Source: Squalus acanthias (Eukaryota). From it: DNA of 64,000 nucleotides. The stretch is from NCBI GenBank assembly GCA_030390025.1, contig CM059432.1, positions 744,001 through 808,000 of the forward strand. The letters run 5' to 3'. The notes under the pieces were generated by a model. The model worked only from the letters and a program-made list of their open reading frames with translations, ran no database searches and had not been told where the DNA came from. The position numbers and the translations under genes were made by a program. Positions 23,910-35,949 of this stretch are shown here, piece after piece (the first letter of the stretch is position 1; every line of letters starts with the position of its first letter).

Positions 23910-25145
23910 AAGAAAGAAAGTCTTGCATTTCTATAGCACCTTTCACAACCTCAGCATGTCCCAATGCGCTTTACAGCCAATGCAGTACTTTTGAAATGCT
24001 GTCGCTGTTATAATGTAGGAAACACAGCAGCTAATATGCACACAGCAAGATTCCACAAATAGCAATGTGATAATGACCAGATAATCTGCTTTTTTTGGTG
24101 ATGTTGATTAAGGGATAAATATTGGTCAGGACACCAGGAATAACTCTGCTGCTTTTTTTTTGTTGAAATAGTGCCATGTGGATCATTTACATCCACCCGA
24201 GGCCTCGGTTTAATGGCCCAAAAATTAGACCTAATACAGGAGATTACGCACTGTGTACTCTCGCGTATTAGGTCCTGAAGTGCCGGTTTCCTGCATGCAC
24301 TGCGCATGCGTGGGAAACCGGCACTTCGGGTATTGCGAAGGGGGCGATTCCTAAGTGAACCGCGTGCGCGCTACAGGTTGTGCGCACGTAGCGCACTTAG
24401 TTTTTTTTTCAGGTTTGAACGCGCAGGTAAGTGTTGAAGATTTTACACATAAAGAAAGCAGGCGTAAGACCCCCTTTTAACAAGGTAAGTAGTTAATTAA
24501 GTATTATTTTAAATTTTTTTCAACAGGTTTATCTTTTTTAGAGACTTTAAAGAAAGGTAAGTTTATTTTTATAACTTTTAAAAAGAATTTAAATTTTTTC
24601 AAAAATTTAAGTTTTTGTTTAAAGTGGTTAATTTATTTAACTATAGTTATTTTATTAATGTGATGGCTTTTTTTAAATTTAATTGAGGTTTAGCTGTTCT
24701 TTTGGGGGCTTGTTGTATTCATAGTTTTGACAGCTCTTGCTGTCAAAACTATGAATGAAAGATGGTGTGCTGCCATTGGCTCTAACTGGCCCACGTGATC
24801 CCAGAGGTAGCATCGAACTAACTGCGCCTCTGGGACACGCACACACTGCGCGCCGACACCAGGGAGAGGCCCAGGAACTGAAGTTCGTGTGGGCCAAAAC
24901 CATAAAGGTAGGCGCGGAGTGCGATATCGCGGGGGATCCTTACCCCCGCGGCAACCATCGAACTCTAATTTCTGGGCCAATATCTCATCTGAAAGACGGC
25001 ACCTCCGACAGTACAGCGCTCCCTCAGCACTGTACTAGAGTGTCAGCCTAGATTTTTGTGCTTGAAGTTCCTGGAGTGTGATTTAGAACCCACAATCCTT
25101 CTGACTCAAAAGCAAGGGTGCTACCAACTGAGCCACAGCTGACAC
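23910..25145 (-). mobile_element. Full-length Deu-domain tRNA SINE interrupted by a MITE
   Basis: tRNA head with A box TGGCTCAGTTGG on the minus strand near 25125-25136; body matches 27149-27597. Confidence 0.82.
24215..24978. mobile_element. MITE, PIF/Harbinger-like, 764 bp
   Basis: TIRs GGCCCA(A/G)AAATTAGA. TSD AAT (24212-24214, 24979-24981). Removing the element restores the SINE. Confidence 0.85.
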
Positions 25146-25605
25146 TGTAAGTGACCCCATGTATAAGCATCAGTAACCAGCCGTAACATGCAACATACTT
25201 CAGTGTCCTCTCTGTGCACCATTAGTCATCGGCGTATTTGATATATTCAATTAGAAATAGGTTGCTACACTACTATTCTCTTAAGCTGCTTTCATACCTT
25301 AATTCAGAATGCAGGAGTCAAGTATCGAATGAGCTGAGTCTCAGCATTAGATCCATTTTCCGTAACCCAGCAGCAGGCTCAAAGACCCACATAACAAAAA
25401 GATTAACTGCATAAATGCCGGGAGTGACTTCACAGATGGTATAATGAAATACTAACTACTTGGCTGGATGGGTGCAGCTGCAACAACACTCTAAAAGCTC
25501 GACATCATCTAGGATAGAGTGGTCCACTTGATTGGCATCCTTGCCACAGGAAACAATGTCCACTCCCTCCACCGCCAGTACATTGTGGCCACAGTGTATA
25601 CATTG

Positions 25606-26370
25606 GGGAACGGTAACATAGTGGTAATGTTACTGGGCTAATTATCCTAGTGGTCTAGACTAATGATTTCAGAGATTAGAGTTCAAATCTCACGATGGCA
25701 GCTGGGGAATTTAAATTCACTTAATTAAATAAATTTGGAATAAAAGGCAGTAATGGTGACCATGAAACTACTGCATTGTTGTAAAAACCCATCTGGTCCT
25801 TTTGGGAAGGAAATCTGCTGTCTCATTGAAACATACAAAATTCTTACAGGGCTTGACAGGATAGATGCAGGGAGGTTGTTTCCCCTGGCTGGGGAGTTTA
25901 GAACCAGGGGTCACAGTCTCAGAATAAGGGGTCGGCCATTTACGACTGAAATGAGGAAAAATGTCTTCACTCAGAGGGTGGTGAATCTTTGGAATTCTTT
26001 GTCCCAGAGGGCTGTGGAGGCTCAGTCATTGAGTATATTCAAGACAGAGATCAATAGATTTTTGAATATTAAGGGAATCAAGGGATATGGGGATAGTGCA
26101 GGAAAGTGGAGATGAGGTAGAAGATCAGCCATGATCTTATTGAATGGGGGAGCAGGCTCGAGGGGCTGAATGGCCGACTCCTGCTCCTATTTCTTATGTT
26201 CTTATGTACCTGGTCTGGCCTATATGTGACTCCAGACCCACAGCAATGTGATTGACTCTAAACTGCCCTCTGAAATGGCCTAGCAAGCCACTCAAGGGCA
26301 ACTAGGGATGGGCAATAAATGCTGGCCTTGCCAACGACGCCCACATGCCGTGAACGAATAAAAAAAATCT
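25606..26370 (+). mobile_element. tRNA-headed SINE sharing its 3' tail with the second CR1-group LINE, interrupted by a CR1 3' fragment (about 25820-26207)
   Basis: B-box-like GAGTTCAAATC and tail AGGGATGGGCAATAAATGCTGGCCTTGCC. Related copies at about 38153-38610, 55235-55620 and 56995-57310. Confidence 0.7.
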
Positions 26371-27148
26371 ACAGGGAGGCACTGCAGCAACTCACCATGC
26401 TTACTTCAAAAGCACCTCCCAGCCGTGGAAATTTCTACCCACTAAGGAAGGATGGAACTTGGATTTATATAGCGTCTTTCGTGACCTCAGAACGTCTCAA
26501 ACCACGTTACAGCCAATGAAGTACTTTTTGAAGCGTTGCCACTTTTGTAATGTAGGAAACACGGCAGCCAATGTCCGCACAGCTAGGTCCCACAAACAAC
26601 ACTGCGATAATGCCGAGCTAATCTGAGTCACAGAATGCTCATGAGGAAAGGACATTAGTGATCAGGGGCACAATGTAGGCCCAGGCTGTGAAACGCCCTT
26701 CCTCAAGACACGAGAGGATGGAGAGCTCAGTGAAGCATAGGGTGCTGCAGCAAATGTCCACTGCTGGCCAGTCACTTGTATGTTTGGACACTTGGTTTGG
26801 AGGAACTTATCCCACCTTTGCCTTCAAGAAGCAGAAGATGAATTGTCCCAGAACAAACAATCAATCATGAGCTCACTCCAGGAAATAAGCATGCAACATG
26901 TTCCAGTCACTGAGACGCACCCTCGGTGCATTGATAGAGTAATTGCACCGTGGGAAAGATCCAGCTAGGGAGAATTTGATTCCTCTGCTGCTGCTCTCTT
27001 GGGCCTTCACGGAATTTTATGCAGATTGCTGTGTGACAAAACAGCATCTTGTGTTTCCTTGATGGAGAAGTGCACTGAGATGGCCCCTCGATTTGTCTGG
27101 AGAGAACCTGTTGCATAGAAGTTGATGCAGTGGTGAGCTTAATTAGAT

Positions 27149-27597
27149 GTCAGCCGTGGCTCAGTTGGTATCACCCTTGCCTCTGAGTCAGAAGTTTGTG
27201 GATTCGTAGTCCCACTCCAGAGGCAGAGCACAGGTTGACACTTCAGTGCGGTACTGGGGGAGTGCTGCACAGTCAGAGGTGACGTCTTTCAAATGAGACA
27301 TTAAACCCTGTCTCCTCTCTCAGGTGGATGTAAAAGCTCCCATGGCACAAATTTGAAGAAGAGCAGGGGAGTTCTCCTCGGTATCCTGGCTAACATTTAT
27401 CAACCAACATCGCTAAAACAGATGATTTTGGTCATTATCTCATTGCTGTTTGTGGGAGCATGCTGAGCGCAAATTGGCTGTCACATTTCCGACATTACAA
27501 CAGTGTCTACACTTTTAAAGTACTTTATTGGCTGTGAAACACTTTGGGACGTCCTGAGGATGTGAACGGCCCTATAGAAATGCAGCTTCTTTCTTTA
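27149..27597 (+). mobile_element. Full-length Deu-domain tRNA SINE (SacSINE1/LmeSINE1/AmnSINE1-like)
   Basis: A box TGGCTCAGTTGG at 27157-27168, degenerate B box, Deu core GGAGGTG(C/A)CGTCTTTC, and an L2-like tail CTATA(T/G)AAATGCA. The family name comes from recalled consensus, not a search. Confidence 0.78.
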
Positions 27598-28389
27598 ATT
27601 GCAAGCAATAACGCAGTGTGGACTTTTGACTGTTTCCAGGTCCTCTACTCTCAAATGGCAGGTTTCAGTGACATCTCTACAGACACCAAGACTTCTGAAG
27701 CATTGCTCGTCTGTCAGGCCACGGTGAGCTGAGATATTTTTTCTTTCTGTCTCTTTTTTACTCTCAATTCAATTTTTCTTTCTCTCTCTTTATTTCTCTT
27801 TCTGTACCTGATTTGACTCTAATTCACCCGATTTCCTTCTCCGTCGTTCCTCTGTTTCTTTCTCAATCCTTAAATCTTATTGGTTAAGGAGATAGACTTT
27901 TGGTCCTGTCATTCACTAAGGTCCCAGCTGCCTCATTGCCCTCGCCGCGTCGTCATCAACTCGCCCTTCCAGCAAGTTACAGGGCAAAATAATTTCGAGT
28001 TGAAAGGTGCAGGAAAAAGTCTAACTAACAGCGCACGGCTTGGCTCGGCTCCAGTAAGATTTCGGCCAGTGACTCAGGAGATGGGCCCACTTGATGCTAT
28101 TCAAAGTTGAATCTGCCAGGATTTCATGAGTCTGCACATTTACATGTCCTGTGTAGAACAGAGTATTGTGTGGGGATGCTTGGAGTACAGCTTTTAAAAA
28201 TAACCATTTGTGGCTGCAGCCAGCAGGAGAGTGTTTGGCTCACTGAGATCACTATTGGGTAGCTGCACTGAATGACTCGTGTGTTATTTTGTCCCACTTT
28301 TCAAGAATGTCTTTCACTGGAACATCTGACACACAGCCAAAAAAAGAGCAAGGGCATTGCAAGGACAAATAGAGAAGAAGAAAAGAATG

Positions 28390-29065
28390 AAGGACTTGCA
28401 TTTCTGTAGCACCTTTCACAACTTCAGAATGTCCGCAAGCACTTTGCCACCAATGAAGTACTTTTTTGGAGTGTAGTCACTGTTGTAATGTAGGAAACAC
28501 GGCCGCCAATTTTTGGATAGCGAGGTCCCACAAACAGCAATGAGATAATTGACCAAATAATATATTTTTAGGTGTTGGTTGAGGGATAAATATTGGCCAG
28601 GACACCGGGGAGAATTCCTCTGCCTAATCGTCATTTAGAGAGGCACGGATTAATCAGGGACAGTCAGCATGGATTTGTTAAGGGAAGGTCGTGTCTGACT
28701 AACTTGATTGCATTTTTTGAGGAGGTAACAAGGAGGGTCGATGAGGGTAGCACGTTTGATGTCGTCTACATGGATTTTAGAAAGGCTTTTGACAAGGTCC
28801 CACATGGCAGACTGATCAGAAAAGTAAAGCCCATGGGATCCAAGGGAAAGTGGCAAGTTGGATCCAAAATTGGCTCAGTGGGAGGAAGAAAAGGATAATG
28901 GTCGACGGGTGTTTTTGTGACTGGAAGGCTGTTTCCAGTGGGGTTCCGCGGGGCTCAGTACTCGGTCCCTTGCTTTTGTGATATATATCAACGATTTAGA
29001 CTTCAACGTAGGGGGTATGATGAAGAAGTTTGCAGGTGATACAAAAATTGACCGTGTGGTTGATC
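28390..29065. mobile_element. Deu SINE 3' half (minus) joined to an internal CR1 RT fragment (plus)
   Basis: ORF 28593..28898 has QHGFVKGRSCLTNL and YMDFRKAFDKVPH. Confidence 0.75.
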
Positions 29066-29149
29066 TGAAAATTTTGGGTTTAATTAGCAAAATAATCTTG
29101 ATGGGATTAATAAAATACATTTTAAGTGAATATTACATACTACTGATCA

Positions 29150-30670
29150 CCCAAGTTCCCTAGCTGGCCCCCGTGTTAGCTGATATCGTAAACGGTTCCC
29201 TCTCCTCAGGTACGGTGCCCCTCCCTTTCAAATTTGCATTCATCACCCCCTCCTTAAAACATCCACCCTTGACCCCTCTGTCCTTGCAAACTACCGCCCC
29301 ATCTCCAACCTCCCTTTCCTCTCCAAAGTCCTTGATTGTGTTGTCACGTCCCAAACCTGTGCCCATCTTTCCCACAACTCCATGTATGAACCTCTCCAAT
29401 TGGGTTCCTGCCTCTGCCCTAATCAAAGTCCGCCCCCGTTGACAGCAGGCCTCCGAGGCATGGAAAGTGGTTCACGTTGTCCAAGGCCTTGTCGTGGATT
29501 TTGATAATCGGGGGGTGATAGTCGACGACGAAGTCCAACACCGCCTTCAGTGTGCCAGTGCAGCCTTCGGTCGCCTGAGGAAGAGAGTGTTTGAGGACCA
29601 GGGCCTCTGGCCCAGCGCTAGGCTCGTGGTCTACAGAGCAGCAGTGATACCCACCCTGCTGTATGCCTCAGAGACATGGACCATGTACAGCAGGCACCTC
29701 AAAGCACTGGAGCGGTACCACCAACGCTGCCTCCGCAAGATCCTGCAAATCCATTGGCAGGATAGGCGCACCAACGTCAGTGTTCTTGCTCAGGCCAACA
29801 TCCCCAGCGTCGAGGCTTTGACCACGTTCGATCAGCTCCGATGGACAGGTCACATTGTCCGCATGCCTGATACGAGACTCCCAGGGCAGGCGCTCTACTC
29901 GGAGCTCCGGCACGGCAGGAGAGCCCCAGGTGGGCAGAGGAAACGCTTCAAGGACACCCTCAAAGCCTCCTTGAAAAAGTGTAACATCCCCACCGACACC
30001 TGGGAATCCCTGGCCCAAGGCCGCACAAAGTGGAGGAGAAGCATCCAGGAAGGCGCCGAACACCTTGAGTCTCTTCGCCGGGAGCAAGCGGAAGCCAAGC
30101 GCAAGCAGCGCAAGGAGCGCACGTCAACCCAAGCACCCCACCCACCCGCCCCTTCAACCACCGTCTGCCCCACCTGTGACAGAGACTGTAGGTCCCGCAT
30201 TAGACTCATCAGTCACCTGCGAACTCATTTTAATGTGGAAGCAAGTCATCCTCGGTTCCGAGGGACTGCCTAAGAAGAAGAATCAAAGTCACACATTACA
30301 TCCTCTGTGATTGTGACCATGGTGCATTATCCCTCCTCAGTCTTGATCTGTCTGCAGCCTTTGACATGGTTAACAACACCATCCTTCCCTATCCCTGTAA
30401 CCTGCTCAGGCACTACAACTTCCCCAAAACCCTCTGTTCCTCCAATCTGGCTTCTTCTTCGCTCCTCCTTTGCCCCACCATTGGTGGCCGTGCCTACAGC
30501 CCTCTAAGTCCCATGCTCTGGAATTTCCTCCCTAAACCCCTTCACCTCCCTCTCCTTTTTTAAGGTCTTCCTTAAGACCCACCTCTTTTGCACAATGATA
30601 ACATTTTTAATCTCCCTTCCTAATATCTCCTCCTTTGTCTCGATGTCCATTTTTGTCCAATTATGCCTCT
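29150..30670 (+). mobile_element. Old L2 fragment hosting an RTE insertion
   Basis: LADIVNGSLSSGTVP and AACTACCGCCCCATCTCCAACCTC (NYRPISNL). L2 resumes after 30290. Confidence 0.72.
29431..30280 (+). mobile_element. RTE-clade LINE 3' fragment with a 90-bp 5' inversion and 10-bp TSD
   Basis: ORF 29467..30273 has ASAAFGRLRKRVF, LLYASETW, QLRWTGHIVRM, GGQRKRFKD and a C-terminal CPTC...H zinc finger. (AAG)n tail; TSD AATCAAAGTC at 29421-29430 and 30281-30290. Confidence 0.92.
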
Positions 30671-30671
30671 A

Positions 30672-31185
30672 GAATCATAGAATCATGGAATCTTACAGCA
30701 CAGAAAGCGGCCATTCAGCCCATCGTGCCTGTGCCGGCCATTTGAAAGAGCTCTCCAATTAGTCCCAGTCCCCCTGCTCTTTCCCCATAGCCCTGCAAAT
30801 TTTTCCACTTTAAGTATTTATCCAATTCCCTTTTGAAAGTTACTATTGAATCTGCTTCCACCACCCTTTCAGGCAGCGCATTCCAGATCACAACAACTCA
30901 CTGCATTAAAAAAAATTCTCCTCCTCTCCCCCTCTGGTTCTTCGTATAATTTTCTTAAATCTGTGTCCTCTGGTTACTGACCCTCCTGCCAGTAGAAACA
31001 GTTTCTCCTTATTTACTCAATCAAAACCCTTAATGATTTTGAACACCTTTATCAAATCTCCTCCTAGCCTTCTCTGCTCTAAGGAGAATAACGCCAGTTT
31101 CTCTAATCTCTCCACGTAACTGAAGTCTTTCATCCCTGGTATCATTCTTGTAAATCTCCTCTGCACCCTCCCTAAGGCCTTGACA
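30672..31185 (-). mobile_element. CR1 3' fragment
   Basis: [11 protein letters not shown]...RRLGGDLIKVFK and an (ATTCTATG)n tail. Confidence 0.82.
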
Positions 31186-32212
31186 TCTCTCTGTGAAGTG
31201 CCATGGGATGTTTTCTGTACAGAAATGCCAGTTGCAGTTGTTATCTGCCGGGAGGTAGCCATTTCCAGCAACATGAAAGGCATCTTCAGCTGCTGTTGGG
31301 TAAAGCTGGATGGAGCTTCTGGTGTGATTTCTATAGTTATGTTGCCTGATACTCCGCAGTGTGGCTTCTTTCAGTTCGCGACGAAACAAAAATCCGAGAC
31401 AAGAATTGCCCCCACATTCTGGTTCAAGTAGCATCAGCTGTTTTGCCAATTTTTTTTAGATCATTGGTCAAGGCCGTGCCCCTGCTTCAAAGGCACGGGA
31501 CAAGATTACTCTGTTACCATGCAGATCGAGGGCTTTGAAATGTTTCTTGGTTTGCGCGAGAGGGTTGAAATATATTGAAAGAGGTGTTCACAGTGGTTGG
31601 AATTTAAGAGATATTTCGATTTCGTTGATAATTCAAATATTACAACCCCCACCTTTATAAGGATTGGATCGTTATACTATTAGAGATAACGCACTGTCGA
31701 AAAGGACAGACTAGAGCAGGTGCAAGTGTAAAAATTAGAATTCATCGCATGAGAATGGAATAGGAGCTCATGTTACTGAATGATTCTGTTTTAAAAATAA
31801 AGTTTTCAGAGGTTAGGTCAGGGGATTAGGACAGAGACACAGTCTACCACAATACAATATTTTTCAAACTTTTTTGCCTAAGGTGCCCTTCAATTACTGA
31901 TACATTCAAACGATTCCTCTGCAAATATTGTCATACCTCCAGCGATTTCAGTCCTAATTTCCCAGAGAGCAGCACCTCCTAAACCCATGACCTCTGCCGC
32001 CTAGAAGTACAAGGGCAGCAGGCGCATGGGAACATCGCCGCCTCCAAGTTCCCCTCCAAGTCACACACCATGTTGACTTGGAAATATATCAGCCGTTCTT
32101 TCATCGTCGCTGGGTCAAAATCCTGGAACTCCCTCCCTAACAGCACTGTGGGAGAACCTTGACCACATGGACTGCAGCGGTTCAAGAAGGCGGCTCACCA
32201 CCACCTTCTCAA

Positions 32213-34663
32213 CATAGAAACACAGAAACATAGAAGATAGGAGCAGGAGTAGGCCATTCGGCCCCTCGAGCCTGCTCCGCCATTCGATGAGATCATGGCT
32301 GATCATCCAAACTCAGTACCCTGTACCTGCCTTCTCCCCATATCCCTTGATACCTTTAGCTTTAAGAAATATATCTAACTCATTCTTGAATATATTTAAT
32401 GACTTGGCCTCAACTACCTTCTGTGGTAGAGAATTCCACAGGTTCACCACTCTCTGGGTGAAGAAATTCTTCCTCATTTCTGTCCTAAATGGCTTACCCC
32501 TTATCCTTAGATTATGACCCCTGGTTCTGGACTCTGCGACCATCGGGAACATTCTTCCTGCATCTAGTTTGTCCCGACCTGTCAGAATTTTATATGTTTC
32601 GATGAGATCCCCTCTCATTCTTCTATACTCCAGCGAGTATAAGCCCAATCGACCCAATCTCTCCTCATATGTCATTCCTGCCATCCCAGGTATCATCCTT
32701 GTGAATCTTCGCTGAACTCCTTCCATGGCAAGAACATCCTTCCTCAGATGAGGCGACCAAAACTGCACACAGTACTCAAGGTGTGGTCTCACCAAGGCCC
32801 TGTACAACTGCAGCAAGACATCCTTGTTCCTGTACTCAAACCCTCTCGCTATGAAGGCCAACATACCATTTGCCTTCTTCACCACCTGCTGCACCTGCAT
32901 GCTTACCTTCAGCGACTGGTGCACAAGGACACCCAGGTCTCATTGCACTTCCCCTTCTCCCAATCTATTGCCATTCAGATAATAATCTGCCTTTTTGTTT
33001 TTGACACCAAAGTGGGTAACCTCGCATTTATCCACGTTATATTGCATCTGCCACGCTTCTGCCCACTCACCCAATCTGTCCAAATCATCCTGGAGTTTCT
33101 CAGTATCCTCCTCGGAGCACACACGCCCACCCAGCTTTGTGTCATCTGCAAACTTGGAGATATTACATTTAGTTCCCTTATCCAGATCATTAATGTATAT
33201 TGTGAATAGCTGGGGTCCAAGGACCGAACCCTGCGGTACCCCACTGGTCACTGCCTGCCACTCGGAAAAAGACCCATTAATTCTTACTCTCTGCTTTCTG
33301 TCCGCCAACCAGTTCTCTATCCAAGTCAATACCTTGCCCCCAATCCCATGTACCTTAACTTTACACGCTAATCTCTTATGCGGGACCTTATCGAAAGCCT
33401 TTTGGAAGTCCAAATACACCACATCTACTGGTTCTCCCTTATCTATTTTCCCAGTTACATCCTCAAAAAATTCCAGTAGATTAGTCAAGCACGATTTACC
33501 TTTTGTAAATCCATGTTGACTTTGTCCGATCCTGTCACTGTTTTTCAAGTGCTCAGCTATTACATCCTTTATAATGGACTCTAGCATTTTCCCCACTACT
33601 GATGTCAGGCTTACCGGTCTGTAATTCCCCGCTTTCTCTCTACCACCCTTTTTGAATAGTGGGGTAACATTAGCTACCCTCTAATCCATGGGTACAGTTC
33701 CAGATTCCATCGAATGTTGGAAGATGATCAGCAATGCATCTACTATTTCTAGGGCCACTTCCTTAAGTACCCTAGGATGTAGATTATCAGGCCCTGGGGA
33801 TTTATCGGCCTTCAATCCCGTCAATTTCCCTAACACCATTTCCCTGCAAATACTGATTTCTTTCAGTTCCTCCCTTTCATCAGACCGTATGTTCTCCAAC
33901 ATCTCTGGGAGGTTATTTGTGTCCTCCTTTGTGAAGACAGAACCAAAATATGCATTTAATTGGTCTGCCATTTCTTTGTTCCCCATTATAACTTCCCCTG
34001 CTTCTGACTGCAAGGGACCTACACTTGATTTCACTAATCTTTTTCTCTTCACATATCTATAAAAGCTCTTACAGTCAGTTTTTATGTTCCCTGCAAGCTT
34101 ACTTTCATATTCTATTTTCCCCTTCTTAATTAATCCCTTTGTCCTCCTTTGTTGAATCCTAAACTGCTCCCAATCCTCAGGGTGACCGCTTTTTCTGGCC
34201 AATTTATATGCCCTCTCCTTGGATCTTATGCTATCCCTAATTTCCCTTGTTAGCCACGGTTGAGTCATCCTTTTTGTTTTATTCTTATGCCACACTGGGA
34301 TGAACAAATTCTGTAGTTCATCCATGCAGTCTTTGAATGTTTGCCATTGCCTATCCACCGTCAACCCTTTGAGTGACATTCCCCAATCAATCCTACCCAA
34401 TTCGCGCCTCATACCATCGTAGTTTCCTTTATTTAAATTCAGGACCCTAGTCTCTGATTCAACTACTTCACTCTCCATCCTAATGAAGAATTCTATCATA
34501 TTATGATCACTCTGACCCAAGGGGCCTCATACAACAAGATTGCTAATTAATCCTTTCTCGTTACATAATACCCAGTCTAAGATGGCCTGATCTCTGGTTG
34601 GTTCCTCGACATATTGTTCCAGAAAACCATCCCGTAAACATTCTAGGAATTCCTCCTCCACAG
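32213..34663 (-). mobile_element. 5'-truncated CR1 LINE (about 2.45 kb, ORF2 broken by stops) inserted in a second-family LINE tail
   Basis: ORFs 33681..34520, 32940..33596 and 32313..32924. The host sequence breaks at CCTTCTCAA (32212) and resumes at GGCAATCAGGGATGGGC (about 34710). Confidence 0.92.
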
Positions 34664-35543
34664 TATTTTTATCTATTTGACTTACTAAGAAGTTATTTGT
34701 ATTCAATCAGGCAATCAGGGATGGGCAATAAATGTTGGCCTTGCCAGTGATGCCCACATCCCAGGAACTAATTAAAAAAAGCATCAGCTAGCCAAACGAA
34801 AACAGTACTATTCCAGTAAACATTTTTATTAGCATACAGCAATACAAATAACTTCTTAGTAAGTCAAATAGATAAAAATATGTAGAATACATAATTCTAA
34901 AGAGAAGCTAGATAAGTCCATGAGGGAGAAAGGAATAGAAGGATATGTTGATAGGCTGAGATGAAATAGGGTGAGAGGAGGCTGGTGTGGAGCAGTTGGG
35001 CCGAATGGCCTGTTTCTGTGCTGTACATTGTCTGTAATTCTAAACACCCTGACCGCAGGGACCAGAAATCTGATAACCTCATTGATCCTCTGGAATCTCT
35101 TCACAGATTCCCTCGGGACTGCAGACCCCAGTTTGAAAACTTATTCCGTAAAACTTCCTTTCGCCTCTGGGAATCCATATTATCCAAATTAATACATTTC
35201 TTCTGACATACCGTCAAGTTGTTATACATATTTTCAGGGTCAACAATGTGTTATTCAGTGTTAAAGATTGGAAAACAGACTGAAGAAAGATCATGGTCAA
35301 TATTTAGGAATTATTTTTACGCAGCGAGTGGTTGTGATCTGGAATGCGCTGCCTGAAAGGGCGGTGGAAGCAGATTCAATAGTAACTTTCAAAAGGGAAT
35401 TGGATAAATACTTGATAAAGGAAAAAAATGTGCAGGGCTATGGGGAAAGAGCAGGGGGAGTGGGACTAATTGGAGAGCTCTTTCAAAGAGCCGGCACAGG
35501 CACGATGGGCCGAATGGCCTCCTTCTGTGCTGTAAGATTCTAT

Positions 35544-35940
35544 GGGGGAAAAATTGGGTTGATTTGCGTCTCTCCATAGCGCTCCAGGGGGGGCGCTAAC
35601 GGGGCGCAAATCCCCTAGAGCCCGGGCGTGGCGCCGCTAACGCCTCCCGTGAAACTCAGCAGGAGGTTAGTGGCGGCAGTAGCTGGTAGCGCCCTGTGGC
35701 GCTGCACGCGGCGATGACGTCATTGCCGTGCGCAGCGCCCCGTTCGCGCGCCGGCCTCAAACTTCGGTTGCGCCCCCTGACCTATCGCCGGACAATATGT
35801 CCGACAGGGTCAGGGGTCGCTTTTGCAGCCACGGCAGCGGTAGTAAAAGGAGCAGGTGTCGGGCGGCCAATTTTTTTGGCCGACTGCCAGCACCTGCCCC
35901 CTTCCCCTTTTTTCCTCAGGGTGCCGGCCGCGATCGCTCA
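35544..35940. mobile_element. Single Harbinger-type terminus
   Basis: GGGGGAAAAATT start with GC-rich GGCGCTAAC repeats like 12942 and 7205; no partner end found. Confidence 0.6.
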
Positions 35941-35949
35941 GCTCCTCTT

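Noticed and set aside
27149..27225. tRNA gene
   Set aside because: The A and B boxes belong to a SINE head that continues into the Deu body; no convincing cloverleaf.
31190..31500. Possible ancient Harbinger transposase remnant on the minus strand (TLRS...RNH...TGIS)
   Set aside because: Too degenerate to support without a profile search.
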